Source: Girardia tigrina
Taxonomy: Eukaryota
Direction: 5' to 3'
Length of the DNA: 56,529 nucleotides
Assembly (NCBI GenBank): GCA_001938485.1
Contig: MQRK01201683.1
Coordinates: 1-56,529 of the forward strand
The number at the start of each line of letters is the position of its first letter. Position 1 is the stretch's first letter. Positions 25,951 to 39,329 of the stretch are shown piece by piece. The notes under the pieces are model-generated. The model saw nothing but the letters and a program-made list of their open reading frames with translations. It did not search any database and had not been told where the DNA came from. The position numbers were made by a program, and so were the translations under genes.

Positions 25951-26404
25951 TCATTATTATTATCAGTAACTAATTAGATTTAAATAAAAACTAAGTGTTT
26001 AAATGTATTTTTAATTTAATTTTAAAATCATTTTAAAACGTTAAGGATTTGAATAATTTTATTTTAATTTTTTTAACAAATACATCGTGCTTTAAAACGA
26101 GTGCCTTGTTTAATCTTTTTATTTCAGATTTATTACATGCTTCGCTGTTAACATTTTGATCTGAGGATCATATTGATTTAATTATCTTACAGTTCAATAT
26201 TTTCTTTTCCTATGATCCATCATTAGAAAATTAACAATTTAATATGGAGCTTCACAACAGTAGCATTTGCTTTTCCTGTAGAATTAAGCATATTATTATT
26301 CATCTTCTCTTTATCATATTTTTGAGAACTCTGATTGTTTTTTCGATAAAGTCTTTGTTATGGTTTTTTTTCTTGTTCTTAGTCTCCGTGCTTTCAATCG
26401 AATA

Positions 26405-27740
26405 CAGTCGAAATAGTGTAATCTAGATCTCTGGGGATCGTAATAATTTATCCAGATTTGACAAATTCCGGTTTATAAGAATTATTTGGAATCATTCTCA
26501 AATCATAATTTTCACAAAGTGCAATAAACAACGTAAAACAGTGACCACAATATTACTGTATTCATTCATATGTTATTGCATATTATTCCCTCATGTGAAA
26601 GAGTTCAGTTATTTTTTCATTCCTTTTATTAGCTTACTTTATATATTTATAGGTATGTATATATATATAGATATAAACCTATTTTCAAGGTTTAATTTTA
26701 ATCAATTTTCTTCAAACTTTGCACACTTACTCATTCTCGATGACAATAAATAATAATTTGAAAATTTGATCGAAAAAACTTTTTAAGGTCCCAAAAAGCA
26801 AAAAAATGGAAAATTCTGAGTTTCTGAACAATATTAATTGAAAAAGATCTACTTATAAATTATAAGTAAATTAATAAATTAAAATATATATAATTAACGT
26901 AATAGTAATTTTCCCTTCTACAAAAGAACAAAAAAATTCTCTTGGTCAAATAGAGTTTTGCCAGCAAAAAAATGGATATAAAATTTTTTTGATATACTAG
27001 TTGGTTGTCTGTTTGTCATCTGCAATTGGAGCAATAAATCTTCATCCAGATTTTCTACAGCATGGAGATGATATTCACTAAAAGAAGAGTGAGTCACCAA
27101 GAAGCACTGTGCTGTTTACAATGCTTCAAGTGTTTCCTGATGAGTGGTAAAAGTTAATTCCTCAGAATCACCATACTCCTTTTCCTGATCATTCAACACG
27201 TCTGTTGGTGTCGAGTTACCAAATTTCCATATCTCCATGTCGGATAATCCTGCAGTAATTGTCAGACTGAAGTCTTTATTAAGTAAAACTTAAAATGCAC
27301 TTCCGCTGACATTGACATAAATTTACGTAATCCTTTTGTTTCATTGACAAATTTAAACAAAATATTCTGTAAGCATTTCTTCAATTTTTATTTTTGTTTT
27401 TTCCAGTTTTGAAATTGTTGGATTTTTTAATTTTAAAATTTATCAGATGTTTTTATTTTTTGAATTTTATAAGTTTTCTATTTTTGGATTTTTAAATGTT
27501 GTTTTTTTCAATTTTTAAAAATATATAGAGAAAAAGTTACTTTTCTGAAATACATTTTCAGAATAACGTTGTTCTAAAATTAAAAAAATCCGGATTATAC
27601 AAATTAATTTCTTTTCTTTTACTTGAAAATTCAGCATTTTAATTATATGGAGTTAATCTAATTTTTAATCGGGACTTAATATTTTATCCGGATTACACGA
27701 TTTTCCGGATTAGACACATCGGATTAAGTGATTTCGACTG
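26405..27740. mobile_element. Non-autonomous pogo/Tigger-like element
   Basis: TA|CAGTCGAAAT...ATTTCGACTG|TA termini; subterminal CCGGATTA repeats; decayed coding-like remnants on the minus strand. Confidence 0.75.
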
Positions 27741-30011
27741 TATTCTCGTTCATTAGTTTTTCTTTTTTAAGACGCCACTGTTTTGCAGACCCATTCAGTT
27801 GGTTTTTGATTCTTCCTTGATCAGGTCGATTACTTTTTCTATTGTTTTCTGTTTAAATAAAAAATAATTATTGACATTTTTCAATAAGGTGAACCTTTCA
27901 AAAAAGGCTTTGATCATTATGCCTTTCCAAAAACTTTCTATGTAGAAAATTTTTGAGTTTTGCTTACATGTTTTTACGTGCTCTTCAATTGTGGTAGGAC
28001 TTACAAAATGTTTTTAATAAACAAAAATTTTGACTTCCTTCGCAGCGAATAGAAATTTTTCAAAGAAACTACTTTTTCCTGCTCGTGAAATATTGTTATA
28101 GTTTCCGTAATTTAGAAATAAAATTTAATAATCAATATATAAAATTATTTAAAAAAAATATGAATACTTTTATTTTAAATATTTCATTTAATATGCAAGT
28201 AATGACGGCTAGTCAAGTCTAATTCTAATGGGCATCCCAAATGATGTGGAATTGCATCAGCCAAAAAGATCTCTCACAAGGAAGTCAATGTTCTAAATAA
28301 TATTGACATTATTATTGTATTTAGAAATTAATCCCTTGGTAACGAAAATAAGATTAACCCCTAGTATTTGAAAATGTTTTGTCTCCTTGATATCGAATTT
28401 TTATATAACTCGGAGATGAAAATCTACATAAAACAAACGTCCACAAGATTAAAATATTTTTTGTTAGAGATTTGACAGCTATCATAAAATCCAATGAAAT
28501 ATTTGTACTATAATCAGAGGGTTATAATTTAACTTTTATGAATAATTTTTTTTATTCCTTGAAAGAAAGTTCACAAACACAATCGTAAAATTTGTTTCAA
28601 TATTGAATAATTAGTATTTTATTTGGATCACTTTCCTAAATTGTGTTTGAGAAATATTAAAAATTCATACGTTTTTTTATAAATAAAAAAAATAAAACTT
28701 TATATTAATAAAATAATATAATAAATATATACAATTCAAAGGTTAGTAAAACAAGCACAATACAACACCGGGCATAAAAAATATTGGCACAGTGAGGCAT
28801 AGGTTCAAAGTTTTATTGTTTTACGTAGTCTAACTAAAATTTTATTGGGACAGATTTTGAATCCTAAATTTAATTTGATTGTCCTCTGTGCACTCTTACA
28901 TTGACATATTTTCGTTAATTTATGTATGTTTTATCGAATTACTAGTAAAAATACCATAAAGCTGAATCAAATATCTCAAAATTACTAACAAATGGAACAC
29001 AAAGTTAACAGTTAGCATCCTTTATTTCAGTTTACCTATAATCAAAAGATAATTCATCAATCTATCATCTATTATTTCATCAGTAAACATTGATGTTGAA
29101 AGTGTTACAAAGAAGAATCACTGCGAAAGTGGAGCAAGTTCTTAGCGAGATGCAGGCAGGCTTCAGAAGAGACCGCAGCACTACGGAGCAGATAACCAAC
29201 TTAAGACTAATTTGTGAGAAAACAAGAGACCATAAACGAATAATTTGTCATAACTTTATAAATTTCAAAAAAGCTTTTGACAGCGTGTGGCACGAAGCAT
29301 TATGGTACACAATGAATAAATACAACATAGGAAAACATATCATGAATATTATTAAGAGCCTTTACGAAGATGAAAAGACAAAAGTGTTGACAAGTGAGCA
29401 ATTTAGCGACTGGTTTAAATTATCAGTAGGAGTAAGACAACGTTGCATTCTTTCACCAACACTGTTCAACCTTTTTCTTGAGAGAATTGTTATGGAAGCA
29501 ATAGAAGATCTAGACGATGTTGGAATAAGCTGCGGAGGAACAAGAATAACCAACCTATGATTTGCTGATGGCATAGACCTAATCGGCAAAGATGAGGCAG
29601 AGATTCAGGAACTCATGAACAGATTTACACAGTGTCAAAAAATTTCGGAATGGAAATCAATAGACAAAAAAGCAAAGTAATGGTTTCAGGAAATCATAAC
29701 AACGAGATTAAACTGGAGATTTTCATTGAAGAGGAGAAGCTGGAACAAGTAAGGAGTTTCAAATATTTAGGCTCTACTATCACAAAGAATGGGGGAGGCG
29801 AAGAAGAAATCAGAAGCCGGATTGGTATATCAACAAGCGCAATGATTAAGCTTAGCACAGTTTTTAACCTCAAAGAAATCCATCTCAAGAGCAGATTGAA
29901 GATCACTAAGGCTATTGTCTGGGCAACACTCCTCTATGGATGCGAGAGTTGGACAATAAATCAGAAGAGAATGGATAGGCTTAAAGCGTTTGAAATACAG
30001 TGCTACAGGAG

Positions 30012-30432
30012 TATTAACAACATCAATATGAGGTTTACAACATTTATTATTATCACAAGCGCATTCACTATTTGACATCTCTCTTGATCAATTTTTTTCT
30101 GAGTTCAAACTAATTATTTTCAATAAATGAAAATCTGTTAATANNNNNNNNNNNNNNNNNNNNNNNNNNNNNNNNNNNNNNNNNNNNNNNNNNNNNNNNN
30201 NNNNNNNNNNNNNNNNNNNNNNNNNNNNNNNNNNNNNNNNNNNNNNNNNNNNNNNNNNNNNNNNNNNNNNNNNNNNNNNNNNNNNNNNNNNNNNNNNNNN
30301 NNNNNNNNNNNNNNATTTTTAATTAGTAAGAATCAAAGAAAATATCAATCATCCATCTGTGTATGAGAGGCACAATCCGAATCAACATTCTACATGCACA
30401 ATATCAATACACAATTCAAAACATTCCTCACA
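30012..30432 (-). mobile_element. TG...TA family solo LTR (copy F) inserted in the RTE; contains an N gap
   Basis: Perfect TSD AGGAG (30007-30011 / 30433-30437). Removing it restores the RTE reading CYRRMLKITW. Confidence 0.9.
30144..30314. other. Assembly gap (others at 36678-37029 and 48044-48095)
   Basis: N runs. Confidence 1.
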
Positions 30433-31580
30433 AGGAGAATGCTAAAGATCACGTGGAAAGAAAAGAAGACAAATGACTCTGTTTGGAGGAGAGTGACAGA
30501 AGTACTAGGTAAAAGACCGGAATCAATAGAAGAGATCATCAAGAGAAGGAAGCTGAAATTCTACGGTCATCAAATAAGAAAACAAGCACTAGCAAAGGTT
30601 ATGATTGAGGGAAGAGTGGAAGGAGAAAGACGAAGAGGAAGACCAAAGAGGCAATGGATGGACGATTTAAAAGAATGGACTGGACTGAGTATGGAATGTC
30701 AGAGAAAAGAAGCTACAAATAGAAAGATGTGGCGAAGACTTGTTTATAATTTGGTGCACCCACGGCCCAACGGCTAAGGTCAAAAGAAGAAGAAGAAGAA
30801 ACATTGATGAATCACCAACTATACACAGAATAATACATTATGTCAAAGTAAAATAAATGTAATTATAAAACACGGAGCAGTAAGCCTTCAATTTTTTTCT
30901 TGCCAATGATAATCTCAATGGGCTCAGCACAGAGCCAGACTTAGAAAACGACCATTCTACAACGGAAAACACTGGAATATTCTATTGCCAAAAGGGTTTA
31001 GCTTAGAAGTCTATGTCAGTGTATTCAAGAATGACAATGAATCTTCACATACACTCTCTCGGGCAACTACATCAAGATATATTTGTCATTCATCTACCAC
31101 GAATCAGCAATGAATTTTTGAAGTCGCTCATTTCATAAGATAGGAAAAGCAGTTGTTTGTGTTCAAACATTTGAATACTTTGAAAAGGTTTATAGAAAGC
31201 TGTTTACTATCTTAAACATACTTGGACAGCTTTACTGCAGCATTCGTCATCGTGTTTATAGCGTATGGCAAATTATAACTGATTAACTATAGGTAATAAT
31301 TGTACATATAGATGGATTTATTCAGTCATTTGAAACAAATGTTAGGTTTTCCTGGGTTAACATCAAAATCTACGGCCCGCGGAAATCATGTATTTTGATG
31401 CCAAAATAGATTTTGACTAGTCACACTTGTTAATTTAATTATTATTATAAATGTTCTTTATAACGTTGACAAAATATCTTAATTAAATATCTGGGTTAAA
31501 TTTATATTTTTTTCATATTATTAATGTTAGACTTCAGTTATTTAATTATTATTAAAATGATAATTATTATTTTATTTTAG

Positions 31581-33924
31581 TTACCGTTTGGAAAATCACG
31601 ATCAATCTATGTTCACTTTGACTCAAGAATGGTCAGCTCATGATGCCACGGTCAACCATATCTTCGTAAAGCTTCTTCAAAATATCGATAGAGAAAATAC
31701 GTCAAGTTACATTTTCAATTTAATAGCGTCAGATAAAGGAAAGCCATCGCTTTCGGGGAAATTAACAATCGAAATTAAAATTCTTGATGCAAATGATAAT
31801 CCACCGATTTTTGAAAATTCAACATATATGGTCAGTATTAAAGAATCCGAAGTAGTCGGACATTTGTTGCTATTGCTCAAGGCTACAGATAAAGATTTTG
31901 GTGAAAATGGTAACGTTATGTATTATTTTTCGTCGGATGTAAGTCAAGAAATAAGGAAGAAGTTTCAAATTGATCCCGTCACCGGATGGCTGTCGATTTC
32001 TGAGGCTTTAGATTATGAAAAAGTAAAGTTCTACGCTTTCAACGTTTTAGCTCGAGATTCGGGATCTGATTCATTATTTTCAAAAGCACAAGTCAAAATT
32101 TCTATAATAGATTGTAATGACAACCCACCAAAAATATATTTAGAATATCTCACAGAATCAGGAAAGCGAAGTTTAACCGAAGGACCAATTTTATCTACTA
32201 AGGAATATGCAATTGTTCTGGTAAGCGATCCAGACTCAGGTGTTGGGAAACAAGTAAAGTGTGAACTAAAGGGTTCCCAGAAATTTGAGTTAACCCAATC
32301 TAATCTTCGCGAAGGATTAACAATGAAAATAAATTTAATATCACCTTTAGATTTTGAAGAAAAAAATATAGAAAGGTTTACAATAATGTGTCACGATCTT
32401 GGAGATCCTCAATTAACAAGCAGTCATGAAGAGGAAGTCACAGTTAATGATATTAATGATAACGCTCCAGTTTTTGAAAATCATTCCTATCATCACTCGG
32501 TCGACGAAAATAATCAAGCTGGAATGGTAGTATTAAAGGTACAAGCATTGGATAGGGATAGTGGCCTCAACGGCAAAATTGCCTATTCAATAGATCATCA
32601 AAGTACATCCTTCTTCTCAATAGATGTAAGTACTGGAGTTATTAGGTCAAAGATATCATTTGACCGAGAAAAGAGAAAGACGTACCAAATATCTGTTACT
32701 GCCAAAGATTTCGGAGAACCAATGCAATCAGGGTCCACTACGGTGTCAATAACAGTAACAGATTTGAACGATAATGTTCCTTGTTTTCAAGGCCTTAATG
32801 CTGATGGGTCATATATATTTGAAATAAAAGAAAATAAACCAACTCATACAATAATAGGTAAAATCATCGCTGAAGATCCTGACGAAGGTAACAATGGAAT
32901 TGTTTTATATTCCTTTATTTCCCCGTCGGTTTTGTTTTCCATTGATCCGAATCAGGGGATCATAAGAACTAATCAAAAACTCGATCGGGAAGTAATGTCC
33001 ATTCACGAACTGGTAGTGAGAGTAACAGACAAAGGTTCTATAAGACAAGAAAACAGTGTTTCTGTTACTGTCAGTGTCCTAGATGTTAATGATAATGAAC
33101 CAAGGATACTATTTCCCACACAAAAAAATAATTCTATATCAATCTCCTATTTAGATAATGCTGGAGTTTTGTTAGCGAAAATAGAAGCAGATGACAAAGA
33201 TGATGGTTTAAATAGTTTACTAGAGTATCAAATAATATCTGGGAATTCAAGAGATCCGAATCAAGAAAAGATGTTTTACATAGATCAAAAACATGGTGAT
33301 ATAATTCTATCTAGACCTCTTTCAAGACAAGATATGGGAGCATATGTCCTTAAGATAATGGTGTCTGACCAAGGTAATCCACCACTATCATCTTTTGTAA
33401 ACTTTGTCATAAAGGTAGATAATAGTGCTCAGAGACATACACATGTAAATAACCCTAAATACAATCAACAAGCTACATTCTCGGATAGATCAAAAGATGA
33501 TTCTTTTGGAACGACCGTCATACTCATCGTTTTTGTAGCACTCATATGTATCATTGTTCTAGTTTTACTGACATTGGCTGTAATATTTTGCGGAAAACGA
33601 GGACAGGCAGAACTTGGTGAAATACTTTTTAAGAGAACAGATGGTATGGAACATTCAACGAATTCCAGCTTTTGTTTTTGTCTTTCAAGATCTCGTAATA
33701 CAAGGAAATCAAGAATAAACTTTCCTAGGTATTCAGATATGTTGTATAATAACAATACAATTTTTGCAAAAACATATAAATCGTCAAGCGATCTCAATGA
33801 ATCTGGATTTAGGAAAGAAAATAATTTCGCTACCCTCTATAACCGGGACAAAGGGAACTCAGCCGGTTCGTTGATGATGGATAAAAACTCACAACTGAAA
33901 CCAACAGAATGTCAATCTTATCAG
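31581..33924 (+). CDS. Protocadherin, large internal exon (one partial plus five complete cadherin repeats, TM helix, start of cytoplasmic tail)
   Basis: Repeated DxNDNxP, DRE/LDYE and AxDxD motifs; TM TTVILIVFVALICIIVLVLLTLAVIF; acceptor ttttag at 31580 and likely donor CAG|gttgaa at 33924/33925. Confidence 0.95.
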
Positions 33925-34273
33925 GTTGAATATTTTATTATATATAAAAACTATATAAGTACAATGTTATTCGTACAAAGTAAAATTCGTAAGAAAATAC
34001 GCACCAAGAGAAATTGTATTAGAATATTAAGGACTCTTTTATTAACGTATAAAATGCACGTTTCAACAAAACGATATTTCTACTAATAGTCAATGGTAGT
34101 GGTAAACAGAATATATCATTTCCTAACACCAGTGTTAACTTTATTAGTTTAGACACTGCCTCTGGAATTTTTTAAAACGTACCCTGTGACAAAATTAGTG
34201 ATACAACCTTTTCAACATAAAAGCTTGATGTTGCCCAATAAACTTTGGGAGCACTCTTTTGCGTTCAATTTTC

Positions 34274-35166
34274 AGTACTTATTCCTTTTCCCCCACTACC
34301 TATTAAAAGTTTTCACTACCATACTTATTATCCAAAATATTTATTAATTTGTTCATTCTAGATGGTTCATACATGCAATGTCAGATAGTATGCAAGAACA
34401 TATGGTTTCTGAGGAATGTCGATAAGATATGAATCAAGTAAATTTCGATGAATTCCATATCGTTTCTTCATTTGTCGTTTTGCGTGACTTCATATCCCTC
34501 TTACTATATTTTTATGAGTACCTGTGTTTGGATCAACAAAATTCTCCTTGTGGTTCACTGTAAGGTGCTGGAAATTGCAGTCTGGTATTGTTGCGATGTT
34601 TGATTATCCACGTCAGCAATCTGTATCGAAAGTAGAACCAATTTTAATGCTTGTCGTGATAACCGCATAAGTGTGGCTTAATTGCGATTGTCAATAGCAT
34701 ACAGAAAGCATTCATGAGTTTCTCTGTATATTCCATCAACTATCAATTGTTATTTTCGTTGTCTTCCTCTATTATACTTGAGTTTGACAAACAATGATTC
34801 ATCTACTTCCACTGTTAATACGGGACCTACAATGGACAATGGTTGGTTTAGCAGTGACGTATCGACAATTGTTTCAAAGATTGACATTTGATGACCATTA
34901 GTGCTATTTCGTTTTTTATAGAGAATACCAATTTCTTGTAAATAATTAACAGCAGATTCCTTGCTATTTAAAAATGTGTGAGCTTAATGAGATTCATAAT
35001 GGTTAATGAAATGCAATAAACATTTTAGCTGTTTTATACTAGTCTGACTGTTATTCATGTTAATGTGAGTATGTGTAATGACTCATGGACACAGCTGAAT
35101 GTTATTCACAACAATAGGAGTATCTAATGACTAATGTATAATTATAGGGGAAAATGAATAAGTACC
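34274..35166 (-). mobile_element. Decayed Merlin (IS1016/ISXO2-like) DNA transposon, probably intronic
   Basis: Minus strand TVEVDESLFVKLKYNRGR...TDC*RG...HLTVNHKENFVDPNTGTH...LDSYL; TIRs AGTACTTATTCCTTTTCCCC / GGGGAAAATGAATAAGTACC. Not in the ORF track. Confidence 0.88.
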
Positions 35167-37029
35167 CAGCGTTTTGCTTCAAATACTCAAACATCTCACT
35201 TTTTGAAATATTTCTTTCAATGCAGCCTCAATTTCGATTTTCCCAAACTTCATAAATTAATTAGCCATCATTAACCGCTTTGACGATGACTTTGGCTCGA
35301 TCAAACCGCTTCACAACATCTACGTCTCCATGGAACTGTTTAAGCTTTTTGATTAACTCTCATTTAGGTCGAGTAGCTTGTAGTTTTGAATAAAACAAAA
35401 CAAATGCTTTTTGTTAAACAATTTCTTAAATTCAAACAATCGCGTCCCTTCTACCACAGATCTGAATATTCAAACAACAATTTAATTAGTTAATTTCCAT
35501 CAAATTTAATTCACAAAACCCGGTAATTTATTTGATTAATAAGGTTATTTCTTACATAAGTATTAACTTTTACAAAGTAAATATCGTATTATAGTTTGAT
35601 AAATATTCCATGGTCACATGTATAGGACACTAGTGAAACATACGGGATAAAAAATAAAATAATGTTATTATAAATTAAAATGATAAATCATGAAGTTTTT
35701 TTTAATCAAAAACATATTTAAATAAAATAAAATAATTATTTAAAAAATATTCGTTATATTTAAAGTCATTTAACAATCTCACTCTTCATCATTTCAATAG
35801 CACTTGAAATGTTGATTAATAAATTTGTAGATAAATTTTCCCCGAGTGGTGTTGGCTGCAAGAAACGCACAGCTCATTTCGCTTAATGGTTCTTCTAAAA
35901 GATATCTCTATTTTTTTCATCTTAAACAGGAAAACAGATCAAATAAAAATAGTAATTTCCAATTTGTAAAAATTATCCCACAGAGAAATTCTATACCTTA
36001 AACTTTAAAACAAAAATTTAATTTAAAGAATTTTGTTTATAAACAATCTCCAACAAAAAATCGAAGTTGTAAATAAATTTTTCTAAATATTTTATGCAAT
36101 TAAAATAAGAAAATAATTCCTTATATTCTCTAATTATCCATATTTTAGTGATTATATCTTGAGGGTATACAATGGAGACCAAAGGTTTAAAACTCTTTAA
36201 AAAACTGTTATTCTTTTCTGAATTTTAAGAATGAGAAGTTGACTAACAACATTTATTAGAATACATCAAAAATTTTTAAATCATATAAATTGCGTTAAAT
36301 CAATAGCGAGTTGAACCTCTGATGTTTGGAGTTACATGATGTGGAGTTGTCATAGTAAGGGAACTCACATATTGATTATAACTTTTTTGAGCAACATATT
36401 TTTGATAGTCCTCGTAACAGTCCGTTGTAGATCTTTCATTTATGGAAATCGCTCAAATAGAAAAATAACCCTAGTTTTAAATTATTACAATCATAATTTA
36501 AAATATATGTATTTTATTTGATTTATTTACATTAGTTTATATATATAATGACTCATTTATAATGACTCATTTTATAGATTATTCAATTTTAAAGAACTTT
36601 TTTGAAGTAAACATATACCCTAAAAAATTTTATTAGTCAATATACAATATACAGACCTTAAACTCCAATTTAACATCNNNNNNNNNNNNNNNNNNNNNNN
36701 NNNNNNNNNNNNNNNNNNNNNNNNNNNNNNNNNNNNNNNNNNNNNNNNNNNNNNNNNNNNNNNNNNNNNNNNNNNNNNNNNNNNNNNNNNNNNNNNNNNN
36801 NNNNNNNNNNNNNNNNNNNNNNNNNNNNNNNNNNNNNNNNNNNNNNNNNNNNNNNNNNNNNNNNNNNNNNNNNNNNNNNNNNNNNNNNNNNNNNNNNNNN
36901 NNNNNNNNNNNNNNNNNNNNNNNNNNNNNNNNNNNNNNNNNNNNNNNNNNNNNNNNNNNNNNNNNNNNNNNNNNNNNNNNNNNNNNNNNNNNNNNNNNNN
37001 NNNNNNNNNNNNNNNNNNNNNNNNNNNNN

Positions 37030-37067
<38 letters not shown>

Positions 37068-37094
37068 CACCCAGTTTAATAAAGGAAAATCAAC

Positions 37095-38240
37095 AAATTC
37101 TTAAAGCTGCTGCTTCTGATATCTTGATTTTTTTAGAGATTAATGATCATGCCATTATTAAACATAATCTTTGAGTTATCAACGAATTACCTTTAAATTT
37201 TTTGAAAGAAATTTGGTAACATGAGTTATGTTCCTGAAGAACGAAAAGGACGACAAACTCCAAGGCAGTGGTTAACTCCTCTTAAATCATTAATAATTTA
37301 GCGATTTCATTTAATGGAAAGCACTAACTAGGCCTACCTCTAAATGCTGCATTTAAAAGCTGTGATTGCATTAAATTCCTGCAGCATCTCGGTATTGCAT
37401 TCAGGTGATCACATAATAAGCATCATCCTACTGGACGGATAACTGTGTATCTTAGAGACTACAGTACCAGCATTGGCGTTCAGGGTAGTGAGTATTAGAC
37501 TCTGTATGGGTTAGAAACCTTAAAAAGACAATAAAGAGCCCACTGAAATTTTCGAACAGCTTTAGATTCAAGAATGTAAGCTTACGAGACACGAGTACGC
37601 TTCTGTTTCAGTCTGTAGCGGTCAAAAAGAACCAGCCATGATCCCTCGTACCGTGATTTTGTAGAGCTTTCGTTGTGTAAACACATTTATACAATGATTA
37701 TAGAGTTACCGAAATATCCCCACATCAGTTATATTACTGAACCGAAAGTCGAAAACCACCCTTGGAATCACTCCTAGGTCAGTCTTAGAGGTACCGTTGA
37801 GGGGCACTGACACATCATGCATCGTAATCAGGTTTGAAGATTCTGTAAATCTTTTATTCATGTTATTTTGTGAGGCACTAGTACAAGTGGTACTGCCGTG
37901 GGTTCGGTGATCGATCAATAAATATTGCTTTAACCATCCATCCGTTTTATACGTCTTGAAACAATTTTCCATAGGACATTGGAAATGTTTGTTACCATTC
38001 TGACGCGGCGGCTTCGTGATCATATAATAGTCCAGTAATATTTCGTCGCATACATATTCAGCATGTGGAACAATTTTGTGACACAAGTGACACAGATTAT
38101 GTCAGCCAGAGTCTCTATTCATATGATTACAAATTATTGAATAAATAATTCTTCTAATCAGATCAGGTCTGTAAATATTACCACTTCCTTTTATTCTTCT
38201 GAAGAAATTTCTACATTTGTCAAGTTCACAATGCGATTGA
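37095..38240 (-). mobile_element. Zinc-finger-containing relic, possibly the 5' region of a CRE/R2-group non-LTR retrotransposon
   Basis: C2H2-like FQCPMENCFKTYKTDGWLKQYLLIDH. Downstream broken LISKKIKISEAAALRI recalls the pre-RT motif of CRE elements. No RT domain visible. Confidence 0.4.
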
Positions 38241-38552
38241 TCAAAAATGATAAATTATACGAGCTTCTCAATATCCTGGAAAATTATAAAAACTTGTTAA
38301 AGATTATTAAGGAACCTATGCAACTGATTTAAAGATTATGATTTATAAATATTTTTCTACTCATTTTTTTGGTATTAAATGACGAGACTTTTTTTATAAG
38401 AGTTCTCTAAAACATGTAACTGTTTAATGCTTCAAAATTCGTTAGCAATTTTACGTGTAATTTATATAGATTAATTAAAAAAATATAATATATTTTTTTA
38501 ATATATTATATTTTATATTTTCAGTATAGTTTATGAATTTCTTCTAATTTAG

Positions 38553-38699
38553 ATGGCTAATTTACGGAATGAGTCGTCCCCGGACCGCAACCCAGACTCC
38601 AGGTATATATCATTTCAAGGAACGACAGACTCGAGGAATATTGAGGAGTATACAAATTTAATGAACTATAAAATTAATCAGTCTAATCATGAAAGTTAG
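38553..38699 (+). CDS. Candidate downstream protocadherin cytoplasmic exon
   Basis: ttctaatttag acceptor; phase-0 open frame MANLRNESSPDRNPDSRYISFQGTTDSRNIEEYTNLMNYKINQSNHES* is compatible with the 33924 donor. Confidence 0.45.
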   Translation: MANLRNESSPDRNPDSRYISFQGTTDSRNIEEYTNLMNYKINQSNHES

Positions 38700-39329
38700 T
38701 TTAACAAATTTGTGAATTAGTAAACATTTCGAGTAATTTTATACGATTTTAATGTCTTCGTTTCTAGGAAAAAATATTAGAATATAAATTATAAAATGAA
38801 TTTTTGTAAAAATATAATTTACAATTATATTGAGTATATTAAATAAGAAATCATTTCAATAAAAATATAATTAATAATTTCAATAAATTAAAACAAAATA
38901 AATTGAAAAACAATAATATTTTGCTAACATTAAAATTAAGATTTATATATAATTAATATACATTTAGATGTGGAATACAGAAAAAAAACATAAGCACTTA
39001 GTTAATACTTTAATTTATTTTCTTAAAGAGATGGCCGAAAGACAAAGTTATATATAATTATATAGCTTAAAGTACATTAGTTTTTGAGTAATATTTTGTT
39101 TCTTATAACAATAAAATAAAATAAACAGTAAAAACTAAATCAAAATCGCAAAGTTTTATTCTAATTGAAAAAAATATAGAGTATAAGAATCCTTTTGAGA
39201 CCTTTGCAATAAAAAAAATCTTAAGTAAGTCTTCAATTTTTAAGAACACTTTTCAGCTTTCATGATCTTCAGAAGAACAGATGTACCCAATACATATCAT
39301 ATATATTTTATACACGTCCAAAGAGCTCA

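Larger units (their letters stand above)
29096..30798 (+). mobile_element. 5'-truncated RTE-clade LINE (RT domain and C-terminus), interrupted by a solo LTR
   Basis: QAGFR, FKKAFDSV, GVRQRCILSPTLFN, FADG, FKYLGS, LLYGCESW, RRRGRPKRQW; (GAA)n tail; TSD AAACATTGATG (29085-29095 / 30799-30809). Confidence 0.95.

Noticed and set aside
34362-34430. Apparent next protocadherin exon after an ag acceptor
   Set aside because: It lies inside the Merlin element on the opposite strand, and all frames stop quickly.
36633-37070. 145-aa ORF in the track (also 48014-48208)
   Set aside because: Artefact of N gaps and (TA)n.
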